Of a stretch of 64,000 bases of DNA, positions 10,760-22,664 are shown in pieces. Under the pieces are notes generated by a model, which made no database searches, was not told where the DNA came from, and saw nothing but the letters and a program-made list of their open reading frames with translations. Location: the NCBI GenBank assembly GCA_963716745.1, contig OY970320.1, positions 1,376,001-1,440,000 on the forward strand. The letters run 5' to 3'. Source of the DNA: an uncultured Gemmatimonadaceae bacterium (lineage in GTDB: Bacteria > Gemmatimonadota > Gemmatimonadetes > Gemmatimonadales > Gemmatimonadaceae). Each line of letters opens with the position of its first letter. Position 1 is the first letter of the stretch. The position numbers and the translations under genes were made by a program.

Positions 10760-12016
10760 ATGCACTCCGTCCCCGACGCCTCCGCGAAGATCCTCGCAAG
10801 AATACGGACTCTCGACTCGGAGTCCGTCGCGCTCGCGGATCTCCTTGGGCGCGCGATGATCAGTCCCATCATTGCGCCCTTCACCGTTCCGCCCTGGGAC
10901 AACTCGGGCATGGATGGCTACGCGGTGCGCGCGGCCGACATCGCCGGCGTGAGCGATGCGACTCCCGTGACGCTTCCGGTGAGCGACGACATCGCGGCCG
11001 GAAGATTCCCGCGCGGACCGCTCGCGCCGCGCAGCGCCGCGCGCATCATGACCGGCGCGCCGGTGCCCGCCGGCACGGATACCGTGATCCGCGTGGAGGA
11101 CACCGATGGCGGCCTCGAGCGCGTCGCGATCAAGAACGTCCGCGACGCGATGAAGAACGTGCGCCGCCGCGGCGAAGATTTCGGCGAAGGGGATCAGCTG
11201 CTCGCCGCGGGCACGGCGATCGGACCCGCCGAGGTCGGCGTGCTCGCGTCGGTGGGGATCGCGCGCCTCGACGTGCCGCGGCGGCCGCGCGTCGCGTTCA
11301 TGTCGAGCGGGGATGAGATCGTGGATCTCGACCAGATCGCCGACGTGAAAGCAGGAAAGAAGATCTTCTCCAGCAACAGCTACGCGCTCGCGGCGCTGAT
11401 CGTCGCGAACGGCGGCGTGCCGATCGACCTCGGCATCGCGCGCGATGAGCCCGCGGACATCGAGGCGCGCATCCGGCGAGGGCTCGCGGAGCGCGCCGAT
11501 CTCGTGATCACCAGCGCCGGGATCTCGGCGGGCGAGCACGACCACGTGCGCACCGTGCTCGCTGCGCTCGGCCTCACGCTCGAGGTGTGGAAAGTGCGCT
11601 TGCGACCCGGCGCACCGCTCGGGTTCGGCATGCTCGGTAACACGCCATGGATCGGACTGCCAGGCAATCCGGTGTCCACCATGGTCACGTTCGAGCTGTT
11701 CGTGCGGCCGGTGCTGCGGCGGATGCTCGGCCATCGATTGCTGCACCATCGTCCTGTGCCGGTCACCGTTGAGGAAGTGATCGTCACCGGGGCCAAGCTC
11801 ACGCACTTCATGCGCGCGGTGGTCACCATCACGGCGGATGGCACGCGCACGGCGCGCCTCACCGGACCGCAGGGTTCCGGCATCCTCACAAGCATGACGC
11901 GCGCGAACGCGCTCCTCATCGTGCCGGAGGACAAGCCGCGCGTGAACGCGGGCGAGCAGCTCAACGCGATCATGCTCGGCGAGAGCGCGCTCCTCGACGC
12001 ACAGCTCGCGCTTTGA
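10760..12016 (+). CDS. moeA: Molybdopterin molybdotransferase
   Basis: SGMDGYAV, IMTGAPVP, SSGDE, GLPGNPVS. Confidence 0.95.
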   Translation: MHSVPDASAKILARIRTLDSESVALADLLGRAMISPIIAPFTVPPWDNSGMDGYAVRAADIAGVSDATPVTLPVSDDIAAGRFPRGPLAPRSAARIMTGAPVPAGTDTVIRVEDTDGGLERVAIKNVRDAMKNVRRRGEDFGEGDQLLAAGTAIGPAEVGVLASVGIARLDVPRRPRVAFMSSGDEIVDLDQIADVKAGKKIFSSNSYALAALIVANGGVPIDLGIARDEPADIEARIRRGLAERADLVITSAGISAGEHDHVRTVLAALGLTLEVWKVRLRPGAPLGFGMLGNTPWIGLPGNPVSTMVTFELFVRPVLRRMLGHRLLHHRPVPVTVEEVIVTGAKLTHFMRAVVTITADGTRTARLTGPQGSGILTSMTRANALLIVPEDKPRVNAGEQLNAIMLGESALLDAQLAL

Positions 12017-12675
12017 GCGAGACGCTCCGGCAGCAGCTCGAGCGTCGCTTCGTCACGAACAGCGAGACGGTGCCGGTGGGCGAGGGCTCGATCACGCTGC
12101 TCAAGCCGCACGACGCCGATGATCTCATCAGTGAAGCGGATTATGTGATGGACGAGCGCCTCCCTTATTGGGCGGACGTGTGGCCTTCATCGCGCGTGCT
12201 CGCGGAGTGGATCGCCGACCAGCCGGGCGGCGGGCGCACGATGCTCGAGCTCGGCTGCGGACTGGGACTCGTCACGTCGGCCGCGATGCTCGCGGGGTGG
12301 AACGTGACCGCCACCGACTATTACGACGACGCGCTGCTCTTCACGCGCGTGAATGCGGCGGTCGCGACAGGCCGCGAACCGACGACGCGCATGGTGAATT
12401 GGCGCGAGCTGCCGGCCGACCTGGGGCGCTACGACCTCGTGGTCGCCTGCGACGTGCTATACGAGAAGCCGAACGCCGAACTCGTGGCGAACGCGATGGT
12501 GCGCGCTCTCGCGACGCACGGCGAAGCGGTGATGGCCGATCCCGGCCGCATCGCGATCGAGGAATTCCTCGAGGCGTGCGCGGCGCGCGAGTTCCGGCGT
12601 GTGGAGACGATCGAGCGAAAATTCCCTGTCGGCGACAAGGAACAGACGATCAGGATATACCGGCTGGCGTGGTGA
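12013..12675 (+). CDS. Class I SAM-dependent methyltransferase (family 16-like)
   Basis: PYWADVWPS, LELGCGLG, CDVLYE, ADPGR. Confidence 0.85.
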   Translation: MSETLRQQLERRFVTNSETVPVGEGSITLLKPHDADDLISEADYVMDERLPYWADVWPSSRVLAEWIADQPGGGRTMLELGCGLGLVTSAAMLAGWNVTATDYYDDALLFTRVNAAVATGREPTTRMVNWRELPADLGRYDLVVACDVLYEKPNAELVANAMVRALATHGEAVMADPGRIAIEEFLEACAAREFRRVETIERKFPVGDKEQTIRIYRLAW

Positions 12676-13288
12676 TCTTGCGCGGCATTGCCGCGAACAC
12701 GGCCGTGACCGCGAGCGCCAGCACAAGCGGCGCCGCAATGGCGAACAATGCGTAGCGGTTGCGGAGGTCGGCGCCGAACACGGCGAGGCAGAGCGCCAGC
12801 GACGGGATGAGCGCCCAGGCCGCGGCGCGCAGCGAGCGCGTCACCGTGCGCGGGAGGTCGCGATAGCGTATCGCGGAGAAATAGCCGTAGGTCGCCCCGG
12901 TCGCGGCGGCGGCAACGCCGCAGAGCGCCATGATGTCGCCGGGCGGCATCCGTCCGTCCGTGAGCGGCACCGGGCTCGACACGCCGAGTTGGCCGCGCAC
13001 CAGGAACCAGAACGCCGCGGTGAGGACCACGGCCCACAGCGCGCCGCAGCCGCAGATCAGCAGCGAGAAGGTGCGCGAGTCGCCGTTGCGGCCCATGGCG
13101 AGGTAGCCGATCAACGCAATCGCGGCCCACGCGGACGCCCCGATGAAGAGACCGGCGAGCGACAAGACCGACGCCGCGAACTCCCACGCGAGCGCCGGCA
13201 CCGCGGCCGCCAGGATGATCATGAACAAGCCGCCGAAGCGCAGGCTCCGGGGCGTCAAGTCCGGGAGCCTGGTCTTGTCATCCATCAC
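12650..13288 (-). CDS. Uncharacterised multi-TM membrane protein, repeat unit 3
   Basis: About 6 hydrophobic segments; GATYGYFSAIRYRDLP motif shared with the upstream gene. Confidence 0.65.
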   Translation of the reverse strand: MMDDKTRLPDLTPRSLRFGGLFMIILAAAVPALAWEFAASVLSLAGLFIGASAWAAIALIGYLAMGRNGDSRTFSLLICGCGALWAVVLTAAFWFLVRGQLGVSSPVPLTDGRMPPGDIMALCGVAAAATGATYGYFSAIRYRDLPRTVTRSLRAAAWALIPSLALCLAVFGADLRNRYALFAIAAPLVLALAVTAVFAAMPRKITTPAGIS

Positions 13289-14568
13289 GCGATGGGATTG
13301 GGCTTGGTGAGTCCGCGCCGGTTGCTCTCGATCGAGATCATCGAGACCAACACGGCGAACAGGAAGGGCGCGACGATCACCATCAACGCTTCCGTGAGCG
13401 ATCCACGGGCCGACCAACCATGCCCGTGCTCCGAAGGCGACGCCACTGTCATCACTTGCGCCACGAGGAACAGCGCGAAGCCCGGCATCGCCGACAGCGT
13501 CGCGAGGCGCACCGCGCCCTTCACGCTGGGCGGAAGGCCGCGGTAGCGGATGAAGCACACGTAACCGAAGCACGCGCCCGTGATCGCGGCGCACGTGACG
13601 ACGAATGCCAACGTCAGGAACGCGCCGCGCGCATCGCGCAGCATGTACGCCACCGGGCCGCCGAGCGCGACGGTCCAGAGTGCGCAGCAGCCGTTCACCA
13701 GGATCACGAGGGTGCGCGCGTCCGCCGAGCGGTGCAGCACGACCCACGAGATCGCCGCCACCGCGACCCAGCCGAGCGGCGCCAGCACGAGTTCCCATTG
13801 GCTGACCGACGTGAACGCGTAGAAGACCGCGGCTACCGGGACCGCGGCGGCCAGCAACACCTCTACGATGCCGGCCATGCGCAGCGAGACGATCGTCGCT
13901 ACGGTGGGGTTCGTCGTATCGCGCTTCATGACGCGGCCCTCAGTGTCGCCGCGCGGGCGTCCTTGCGCATGACCTGCACGCGCGACCAGACCATTCTCGA
14001 GCGCGAGCGACAGCAAGATGGGCGCGACGAACACGAAGAAGACCGCCATGCTGATCGCGGAGCGATCGCGCGATTGCACCGTGAACGCGGCGAGCACCGA
14101 CCCGAGGCAGACGAGCACCACCGAGGGGAACGATGCCATCAATGATGTTTTCGTCGCGCGGCGCAACGTGAGCGGCAGTCCGCGATAGCGGATATAGCAG
14201 AGGAAGCCGTACGAGGCTCCGGTGAATGCGGCACCCATCGTGTACCACGGCAGGAGATACTCCACCGCGGCGTCGTTTCGGAGCATCGCCCAGGCGAGGC
14301 CGAAGATCAGCGTCGTCCACGCCGCGCCGCAGCCGATCACCAGCGCCACGAGCGAGCGGCCGCCCACGGTCTTGCCGATGAGCAGATAGCCGACGATCGC
14401 GGCGAGCGGCCAGAGCACCAGCGCGATTCCGAATCCGGCCAAGGGTCCCATGTAGTCCGCCGCGACGCGCGCGAACTGCGGCACGCCGGTCGCGGCCAGC
14501 ACCAAGAGAAAGCCCGCCAAAAGCTGCGGGCGCTCGGTCATTCCGGGTCCACGCGTGAGATCTTCCAT
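13285..14568 (-). CDS. Uncharacterised multi-TM membrane protein with two repeat units (may be two genes, second ATG at 13929)
   Basis: Two copies of GA.(Y/F)G(F/Y)...IRYRGLP; internal GAGGG-N-ATG at 13929. Confidence 0.65.
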   Translation of the reverse strand: MEDLTRGPGMTERPQLLAGFLLVLAATGVPQFARVAADYMGPLAGFGIALVLWPLAAIVGYLLIGKTVGGRSLVALVIGCGAAWTTLIFGLAWAMLRNDAAVEYLLPWYTMGAAFTGASYGFLCYIRYRGLPLTLRRATKTSLMASFPSVVLVCLGSVLAAFTVQSRDRSAISMAVFFVFVAPILLSLALENGLVARAGHAQGRPRGDTEGRVMKRDTTNPTVATIVSLRMAGIVEVLLAAAVPVAAVFYAFTSVSQWELVLAPLGWVAVAAISWVVLHRSADARTLVILVNGCCALWTVALGGPVAYMLRDARGAFLTLAFVVTCAAITGACFGYVCFIRYRGLPPSVKGAVRLATLSAMPGFALFLVAQVMTVASPSEHGHGWSARGSLTEALMVIVAPFLFAVLVSMISIESNRRGLTKPNPIA

Positions 14569-16595
14569 CAGTCAGCTCCTTTGGCGTTCAGCCTCTCCGC
14601 GACGACCTCGGCGATGTCCAGCACCGGCACTTCGGTGCCCTTCGCCTTCACGCCGTCGGTGATCATGGTCATGCAGAAGGGGCATGCCACGGCGATCCGA
14701 TCGGCGCCTGTGGCGAGCAACTCCTCGGTGCGTTCGATATTGATGCGCTTGCCAACCGTTTCCTCCATGAACATGCGCCCGCCGCCGGCGCCGCAGCACA
14801 GACCGCGGTCGCGCGCACGCGCGGGCTCCTGGAGGACCATCACCGGGAGCGCCTTTTTGAGCGCGTTCCTGGGCGCATCATAGACATCATTGTAGCGTCC
14901 GAGGTAACAACTATCGTGGTAGGCCATGGTCAGGGCCTTCCCCTCAGCCGTGGCGAGGGTTAGACGGCCCTCATCCAGCAGGCGCTCGATGAGGGTGGAG
15001 TGGTGGATAACGTCGTAGTCGCCGCCGAGCTGCGGGTACTCATTGCCGATCTGGTGGAAGCAGTGGGGGCAGAAGGTGACGACGGTCTTTATTTGGTATT
15101 TGCCCAGCGTTTCGATGTTCTGTTTGGCGAGGGTTTGCCAGAGGTATTCGTTGCCCATGCGGCGTGCGGGGTCGCCATTGCAGGATTCCTCCTGGCCGAG
15201 GATCGCGAACTTGACGTTTGCGGCCTTGAGGATCCGGGCGAGCGCGACCGAGATCTTCTTCGCGCGGTCATCGAAAGAGCCCATGCAGCCGACCCAGAAG
15301 AGGATCTCGGGTTGTTCGCCGCGCGCGGCCAGCTCGGCCATGGTGGGGATGTCGAGGCCGGCGGCCCAATTCGCGCGGTCGCTCGGCGAGAAATTCCATG
15401 GGCTGCCGCGTTGTTCCATCGACTCGAACACCGGCTGCACCTCGGGCGGAAAACGCGATTCCATGAGCACGAGATCGCGCCGCAGATCGAGGATGTGATC
15501 GAGATGCTCGATGCCCACGGGGCATTCGTTGACGCAGGCGCGGCAGGTGGTGCAGGCCCAGAGTTCTTCTTCGGTGATGAAGTTGTCGAGCAGGCGGTGG
15601 TCTTTGATCGCGGGGGTCGCATCGCCGGCGATCACCGCGGGGGCGAGCTCCATGAGGCGCTGGCGCGTGTCGACGATGATCTTGCGCGGCGAGAGCAGTT
15701 TCCCGGTGAGATTCGCGGGGCACACCGAGGTGCAGCGTCCGCATTCGGTGCAGGAGTAGCCGTCGAAGAGATCCTTCCAGGTGAGTTGGTCCACATCCGC
15801 GGCGCCGAACTGCTCGGCGCCTTCGGCCTCGAGGTCGAGGAAGCGGATCACGCCCTTCGGTTCGGGGCCGTTCGCGTTCGAGAAGAAGACGTTCGGGATC
15901 GACGTGATGACGTGTAGGTGCTTGGAGTACGGCAGGTAATTGAGGAACACGAGCACGAGCAGCGCGTGCATCCACCAGAAAGTGCGCTGGAGGATGTGCG
16001 CCGTTTCCGGTGAAGTGCTCGCGAACCATCCGGCGATCGCGTGGCTCGCGAATTTCTGCGAGACGACGGAATTCGGGTCGATCACGATGTCGAAGGCATT
16101 CGCGAGGAACATCGTGACCATCAGGCCGCCGATCATGCTCAGGATGAGCAGCGCGTCGCCTTGATGCGTGCCGTCGCCCTGCAGGCGCTTCGGGTGGATC
16201 ACGAGGCGGCGATAGAGCGCGAAGGCCACTGCGGCGATCACGAGCAGGCCGAACAGGTCCTGCGAGAACGAGTAGGCGGTGTAGAGCGGCGCGGGGAGGA
16301 ATCCGAAGGAGAACGCCGGGACCATCCCGTGGATCAGCAGCTCCGTGGTGCCGACCGTGAGCACGATGAAGCCCCAGAAAATGAGCGCGTGCATGGGGCC
16401 GGCCACGGGATCGCGGAAGATCTTCTTCTGGAAGATCGCGATCGTGAGGACGTTCTTGAGCCGTGCGAGCGGGTGATCGAGGCGCGGGTCGGACTTGCCG
16501 AGGCGCAGGTAGGAGATCAGCCGGTGCGCGCTTCTCGCGAAGAACAGCGTTGCCGCGATGACGACGAGCGTGAAGACGATGTTCTCAGCGCGCAT
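14568..16595 (-). CDS. Membrane Fe-S oxidoreductase (FadF / EMO-like, CCG domains)
   Basis: N-terminal TM region, [40 protein letters not shown]. Confidence 0.9.
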   Translation of the reverse strand: MRAENIVFTLVVIAATLFFARSAHRLISYLRLGKSDPRLDHPLARLKNVLTIAIFQKKIFRDPVAGPMHALIFWGFIVLTVGTTELLIHGMVPAFSFGFLPAPLYTAYSFSQDLFGLLVIAAVAFALYRRLVIHPKRLQGDGTHQGDALLILSMIGGLMVTMFLANAFDIVIDPNSVVSQKFASHAIAGWFASTSPETAHILQRTFWWMHALLVLVFLNYLPYSKHLHVITSIPNVFFSNANGPEPKGVIRFLDLEAEGAEQFGAADVDQLTWKDLFDGYSCTECGRCTSVCPANLTGKLLSPRKIIVDTRQRLMELAPAVIAGDATPAIKDHRLLDNFITEEELWACTTCRACVNECPVGIEHLDHILDLRRDLVLMESRFPPEVQPVFESMEQRGSPWNFSPSDRANWAAGLDIPTMAELAARGEQPEILFWVGCMGSFDDRAKKISVALARILKAANVKFAILGQEESCNGDPARRMGNEYLWQTLAKQNIETLGKYQIKTVVTFCPHCFHQIGNEYPQLGGDYDVIHHSTLIERLLDEGRLTLATAEGKALTMAYHDSCYLGRYNDVYDAPRNALKKALPVMVLQEPARARDRGLCCGAGGGRMFMEETVGKRINIERTEELLATGADRIAVACPFCMTMITDGVKAKGTEVPVLDIAEVVAERLNAKGAD

Positions 16596-16673
16596 GGGCG
16601 GGAAGCTACGGGGAGGCTACGGGCGCGACAAGCGTGCATCGTGCATTCGTGCTTCGTGCTTCGGCTAACAGCG

Positions 16674-17662
16674 CTACGCGCTCGCCTTCGCCTTCTTCAC
16701 GGCGTCAATGAGCGGCGGCAGGATCTCGAGCACGTCGCCGACTATTCCATAGTCGGCCACGCCGAAGATCGGGGCTTCCTTGTCCTTGTTAATCGCGACG
16801 ATGGTCTTGCTCGTGCGCATGCCGGCGAGATGCTGGATCGCGCCGGAGATGCCGAGCGCCACATAGAGCTGCGGACTCACCTGGCGGCCGGTTTGGCCGA
16901 CTTGATCGGTGTGCGGACGCCAGCCGTCGTCGGTCACGGCGCGCGTCGCCCCAACGGCGGCGTTGCCGAACGCGGCGGCGAGATCTTCCACCAATTTGAA
17001 ATTCTCGGCGGAGCGAAGCCCTCGGCCGCCGCTCACGATAACGGGAGCATCACCGAGATCGAGTTTGGCGGTGGACGCCTTCACCATCTCCTTCACGATC
17101 ACGCGGCCCTGCGCGGGATCGAGCGCGGGCGCCATCGGCTCGACCTTTCCGGCCTTCGCGCTCGGCGCGGCGGTGATCGCGCCCGGGTTCAGCGTGACGA
17201 TCGCCGGCGAGCCGATGAGCCGCAGCGTGATGATGATCTTCCCAATGAAACTCGGATGCCGCACGACGATCGCATCGCCATCGACGGCGACCGCGATCGC
17301 GCCGCTCGCCATCGAGACGCCGAGCTTCGCCGCGACGCGCGGTGCGAGATCCTTCCCTTCCGCGCTCGCGGAGAAGAATGCGGCGCGATAGCCGCCACTC
17401 TTGATGCGCGCCGCCGCGGTCGCCGCGTATGACTCGGCGTTGTACCGGTCGAACGCGGCGTGCTCGACGACGATCACCGCGTCGGCGCCGTACTTCCCGA
17501 GTTCGGCCGCGAGCGACTGCACGCCTGGGGCGCCGACGAGCATCGCGTGCACTTCTCCGCCGCCCGTCGCGTCGGCGAGGGTGCGCGCCGCGGTCACGGT
17601 CTCGAGCGCCACGCGACGCAGCGCGCCGCCACGCTGTTCGGCGAATGCGAAGACGTTCGCCA

Positions 17663-17663
<1 letters not shown>
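16674..17663 (-). CDS. etfA: Electron transfer flavoprotein alpha subunit
   Basis: [35 protein letters not shown]; start MANVF. Confidence 0.95.
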
Positions 17664-18415
<752 letters not shown>

Positions 18416-18419
18416 CTAC

Positions 18420-18540
18420 TGAACTCCAAAAAAGCCGGGAACCGGTTTCCGGGAACCGGTGGGGCATGAAAACGAATGGCGGTTGATATCATGCGTTGTC
18501 ATGCCATACCGGTTCCCGGTAATCGGTTCCCGGCAGTTCA
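18420..18540. repeat. Intergenic palindrome with 7-nt periodic arms (GGAACCG units)
   Basis: gccgggaaccggtttccgggaaccggt (18434-18460) is complementary, with two mismatches, to accggttcccggtaatcggttcccggc (18508-18534). Confidence 0.85.
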
Positions 18541-18543
18541 TTT

Positions 18544-19716
18544 TCACTCGAACGCGCTCAGTCCCGTGATCGCCTGTCCCAGCACGAGCGAGTGAACGTC
18601 ATGCGTCCCCTCGTAGGTGTACACCGATTCGAGATTCGCCATGTGTCTCATGCTCGCGTATTCGGCGAGGATGCCGTTCGCGCCAAGCAGCCGCCGCGCT
18701 TCGCGCGCGATGTCGGTGGCCATCGACACGTTGTTGCGCTTCGCGAGCGACACCTGCTGCGGCGTCATGGTGCCGGCGTCCTTCATGCGGCCCAGGTGCA
18801 GCGACACGAGCTGTCCCTTCGTGAGTTCGGTGAGCATGTCGGCGAGGCGCACCTGCTGTATCTGGAATCCGCCGATCGGCTTGCCGAACATCACGCGCGT
18901 CTTCGAGTAGCTCGCGGCCTCCTCGAAGCAGGCCATCGCGGCGCCGAGGACGCCCCAGCTGATGCCGTAGCGCGCCTGCGTGAGGCACATGAGCGGACTC
19001 TTGAGTCCGCCGCTCTTGGGGAGGATGGCGTCGGCGGGCAGATGCACATCCTGCAACACGAGCTCGCTCGTGTCGCTCGCGCGCAGGGAGAGTTTTCCCT
19101 TCTGGTCCTTGGCGGAGAATCCTTTCGTGTCGGTGGGCACGATAAAGCCGCGAATGGATTGCTGGTCCTTGTCGCCGTTGGTCTTGGCCCACACCACCGC
19201 GACATTCGCCTGGCTGCCGTTCGTGATCCACATCTTCGCGCCGTTCAGGATCCAGGAGCCGTCTCCCTGCTCCTTGGCCATAGTGATCATGCCGCTCGGA
19301 TTCGAGCCGTAGTCGGGCTCGGTGAGGCCGAAGCAGCCGATGACCTTTCCGCTCGCCATCTGCGGCAGCCATTTCTTCTTCTGCGCGTCGCTGCCGAAGG
19401 CGTAGATCGGATACATGACGAGCGCGCCCTGCACGCTCGCGAAGCTGCGGATGCCGGAGTCGCCGCGCTCGAGCTCCTGCATGATGAGACCGTACGAGAC
19501 GTTATTGAGTCCCGCGCAGCCGTACTCCTCGGGGAGATTCGCGCCGAGCACGCCGAGTTCGGCCATCTCGGGGATCAATTCCTTGGGGAATCGGCCCTCC
19601 ACGTAGCACTTGCCGATGATCGGGAGGACTTTCTCGTTGACGAACGCGCGCACCGAATCGCGCACCGCGCGCTCATCCTCATGGAGAGCGCCATCGATGT
19701 TGAAGAGATCTTGCAT
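18544..19716 (-). CDS. Acyl-CoA dehydrogenase, glutaryl-CoA dehydrogenase-like
   Basis: GCFGLTEPDYGS, GAKMWITN, CLTQARYGISWG, TYEGTHDVH. Confidence 0.9.
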   Translation of the reverse strand: MQDLFNIDGALHEDERAVRDSVRAFVNEKVLPIIGKCYVEGRFPKELIPEMAELGVLGANLPEEYGCAGLNNVSYGLIMQELERGDSGIRSFASVQGALVMYPIYAFGSDAQKKKWLPQMASGKVIGCFGLTEPDYGSNPSGMITMAKEQGDGSWILNGAKMWITNGSQANVAVVWAKTNGDKDQQSIRGFIVPTDTKGFSAKDQKGKLSLRASDTSELVLQDVHLPADAILPKSGGLKSPLMCLTQARYGISWGVLGAAMACFEEAASYSKTRVMFGKPIGGFQIQQVRLADMLTELTKGQLVSLHLGRMKDAGTMTPQQVSLAKRNNVSMATDIAREARRLLGANGILAEYASMRHMANLESVYTYEGTHDVHSLVLGQAITGLSAFE

Positions 19717-19760
19717 GAATGAAAGTTACCGCGCGCGGGGAGGGTTGGGTACTCTGACGT

Positions 19761-20046
19761 TCCGCGCGGCGTCGACGTGCATCGTGGCTTGGCCGGCATC
19801 CAGGTCCAAGTTTCGACCGGATCAACCGGATGATCCGGATTTGACGGATACCTCGCCGCGCATTGAGCTCTCGGCGAAAGCCGGGTGCAGCTTTGTTGTT
19901 AACAACAAATGCTGCACCCTGAGCTCCTGCGCGACGGTATCCATGCGCGTGCAAGGTATCCGACGGAATCCGCATCATCCGGTTGATCCGGTCGAAACTT
20001 CGACCTTGATGCCACTCGAGCCGCGATGGACGCGACACCGCGCGGA
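19761..20046. repeat. Long (~285 bp) imperfect palindrome with 9-nt periodic arms
   Basis: 27-bp perfect arm pair 19808-19834 / 19974-20000; inner palindrome tttgttgttaacaacaaa. Confidence 0.9.
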
Positions 20047-20047
20047 G

Positions 20048-20872
20048 CTATCTGGGAAACCGCTTCGCCGGCGCCGGGAGCAAATGCGCGCGCGAAGCGA
20101 TTCCACATGCGCACATCCACCTATGATCTCGATTCGGTGCGATGGTGATCACGTTCACGCTGCTCGGGCGGTGGCCGCGGGAGCGGCTCGAGATGGTGCC
20201 GGCGGTGGAGACCACGGTGCCGCGGGCGCCGTTCGGCACCACGTGCACGGCCTCCTGGTGGTCGTGGCCGCAGAGGATGAGATCGATCCCGAGCGCCGCG
20301 AGGCCAGACGCCGAGCGCGCCGGGTGCGCGAGGCCGTGCCGGTTCGAGAGATCGCCTCGCACGAGATTGTGGTGCATCACCACGACGCGCGCGTTCGGGC
20401 GCGGCGCGGCGTCGAATGTCGCGCGCGCGCGATCGACCTGCGCCTGCCGCAGCTCACCTACCACTCCGATATCACGCGGATTCCACGTGAGCGTATGCGG
20501 CTGCACGCCGTGTGCCGTGTTCAAACCCACGAACGTCGCGCCGGGCACCTGCAGCACCGGTTCCAGGTCCTCCGCGATGAACTCGCGGTAGTTCGCGAAC
20601 GCTGCCGGGTTCGAGCCGAGCCCGAGCGGGTCGCGCCACCACTTCACGTCATGATTGCCGGGCACCACGATGGTCTTCGAGATGCGCGCCGCGTCGTCGA
20701 GGAACTGTCGGCCGCGCCGGAATTCGCGAGGCCGCGCGCGCTGGCTGATGTCGCCGCTCACCGCCACCACATCGAACCGCTCCGCGCGGATCATCTGCTC
20801 CACCGCCTCGACCTGCTCGGGAACGCTCGGCCGCCCGAAGTGCAGGTCCGAGACGTGCAGGACGGAGATCAC
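20048..20872 (-). CDS. Calcineurin-like metallophosphoesterase (probable indels near the C-terminus)
   Basis: SDLHFG, SGDISQ, PGNHD, MHH, CGHDH motifs; GTG start overlaps the icd stop. Confidence 0.85.
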   Translation of the reverse strand: MISVLHVSDLHFGRPSVPEQVEAVEQMIRAERFDVVAVSGDISQRARPREFRRGRQFLDDAARISKTIVVPGNHDVKWWRDPLGLGSNPAAFANYREFIAEDLEPVLQVPGATFVGLNTAHGVQPHTLTWNPRDIGVVGELRQAQVDRARATFDAAPRPNARVVVMHHNLVRGDLSNRHGLAHPARSASGLAALGIDLILCGHDHQEAVHVVPNGARGTVVSTAGTISSRSRGHRPSSVNVITIAPNRDHRWMCACGIASRAHLLPAPAKRFPR

Positions 20873-21889
20873 CCGAGGCGCGCGATGATGGCGTCCGCGA
20901 ACTGCGCGGTGGTCGCCGTGCCGCCCAGGTCGCGCGTGACGGACTTCTTCTCGCGAATGACCGCCTCGAACGCTCTCTCGATGCGTTTGCCGCGCTCGCC
21001 ATCGCCAATGTGCTCGAGCAAGAGACACGCCGCCATGAGCAGCGCGCCGGGGTTCGCGGCGTTCTTGCCCGCGATGTCGGGCGCCGTGCCGTGCACCGCC
21101 TCGAACACCGCGGCGTTCTCGCCGATGTTCGCGCCGGGTGAGAGTCCCAGTCCGCCGACGAGGCCCGATATGAGATCGGAGAGGATGTCGCCGAAGAGGT
21201 TCGTGGTCACGATCACATCGAATTTCTCGGGATGCAGCACGAGGTGCATCGCCGCGGCGTCGATGATGCGCTCGTCGCAGGTCACGCGGCCCTCGAATTC
21301 CTTCGCGACTTTCCGCCCGCTGTCGAGGAACAAGCCTTGGGAGAGCTTGAGGATGTTCGCCTTGTGCACGAGCGTGACATTCTTGCGGCCGTGGCGCACC
21401 GCGTACTCGAACGCGTAGCGCACCACGCGCTCCGACGCGAGCCGCGTGATGATCGCGACGGACTCGGCGACCGCCTGCTCGTCGTCGCCCACGCGCACGA
21501 AATGTTCGACGCCGCTGTACAGTCCCTCGGTGTTCTCGCGCACGAGCACGATGTCGATCCCGTCGTAGCGGCCCGGGCACGATCGTGTGCGCCGGGCGCA
21601 CGTTCGCGTAGAGATCGAACTGCCGGCGGATCGCGACGTTCACGCTGCGGAAGCCCTTGCCCACGGGCGTCTCGAGCGGCCCCTTGAGCGCGAGGCGCGT
21701 GCGCTCGATCGAGGCGAGCGTCGCGTCCGGGATCGGCGTGCCCACGGCGCTCACCGCGGCGACGCCCGCGAGCTGGCGGTCCCACTCGAGCGAGGCGCCT
21801 GCGGCGTCGAGCACGCGCAGTGTCGCTTCGGTGATCTCAGGGCCGATCCCGTCGCCGGGGATCAGTGTGACGGGAGTCTTCTTGGGCAT
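20869..21889 (-). CDS. icd: NAD-dependent isocitrate/isopropylmalate dehydrogenase family protein (frameshift ~21572)
   Basis: IPGDGIGPE, RENTEGLY, VHKANI, NLFGDILSD, FEAVHGTAPDIAG. Confidence 0.85.
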
Positions 21890-21906
21890 GCTCTTGTGGG
21901 GAATGC

Positions 21907-22585
21907 TCAGGGCTTCGCGAAGAGGTTCGCGAGATGCTCGGCGAGGCTGGTCAGCAGCGCGGGAGTGAATTTCTCTTCGTCGTCGCTGTAGACGTCGGCC
22001 ATCCAGAGCGTGGTGAGACGGCGCGGATCGATGATCGCCGCGCGGAGCGCTGCGCGCCCGCCTTTGCCGTGCTCGGACGCGATGAAGCGGATCTCGATCG
22101 GAAAAAGGATGAATTCCGACCGGTCGTTCACCGCCATGATCGAGCGGAGCTGCGATGCGAGCGGATCGGGCATGTACGGGATGGCCTTCTTGGGGCCGGG
22201 GTAGCGCAGGAAATCGGCGGAGAGATGATACGGGATCCGCCATGTAATCGGGATTCCGCTTGTATTCCTTGGGCAGCTTGTCGTACATCACCCAGACGTT
22301 CTTGAGTCCGCGATCGGCGAGCGCGAACGAGAGCTCCGCGTCGAAGTCGGCGAGATACTGCTTCTCGTCCGGGATCTGGATCGCCCAGCCCATCGGATCG
22401 GCCTCGAGCAGATACGCCGTGGGCACCACGACGAGCTTCCGTCCCGCCATCGGTGCGAGCGGCGCGTGCTCGCCGGCGGCGATCGCGGCCGCGGAATCCT
22501 GCGAACTCATTTTCTGCGCCTGTGCGCTGCCCGCGAGGAGCGCGAGCGCCGAGAGTGCGATGAGCGATGGCGTCGAAGTGTTCAC
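21907..22585 (-). CDS. Secreted hypothetical protein (frameshift ~22232)
   Basis: Signal peptide; two partial ORFs join after removal of one C. Confidence 0.6.
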
Positions 22586-22664
22586 GATCCCGTCCTGGGA
22601 GGTTGGAAGAAAGCTAGCGGCGCGACATAGGAGAGACTAGTCGGAGCGCGTACTTGTCACCGCC

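Noticed and set aside
19761..20046. Long palindromes as CRISPR arrays or tRNAs
   Set aside because: No direct-repeat/spacer alternation, no cas genes and no cloverleaf features.
20048..22585. 845-aa ORF suggesting a secreted protein-IDH-phosphoesterase fusion
   Set aside because: It is a chimera of three genes produced by frameshifts at ~22232 and ~21572; the middle is out-of-frame Arg-rich sequence.
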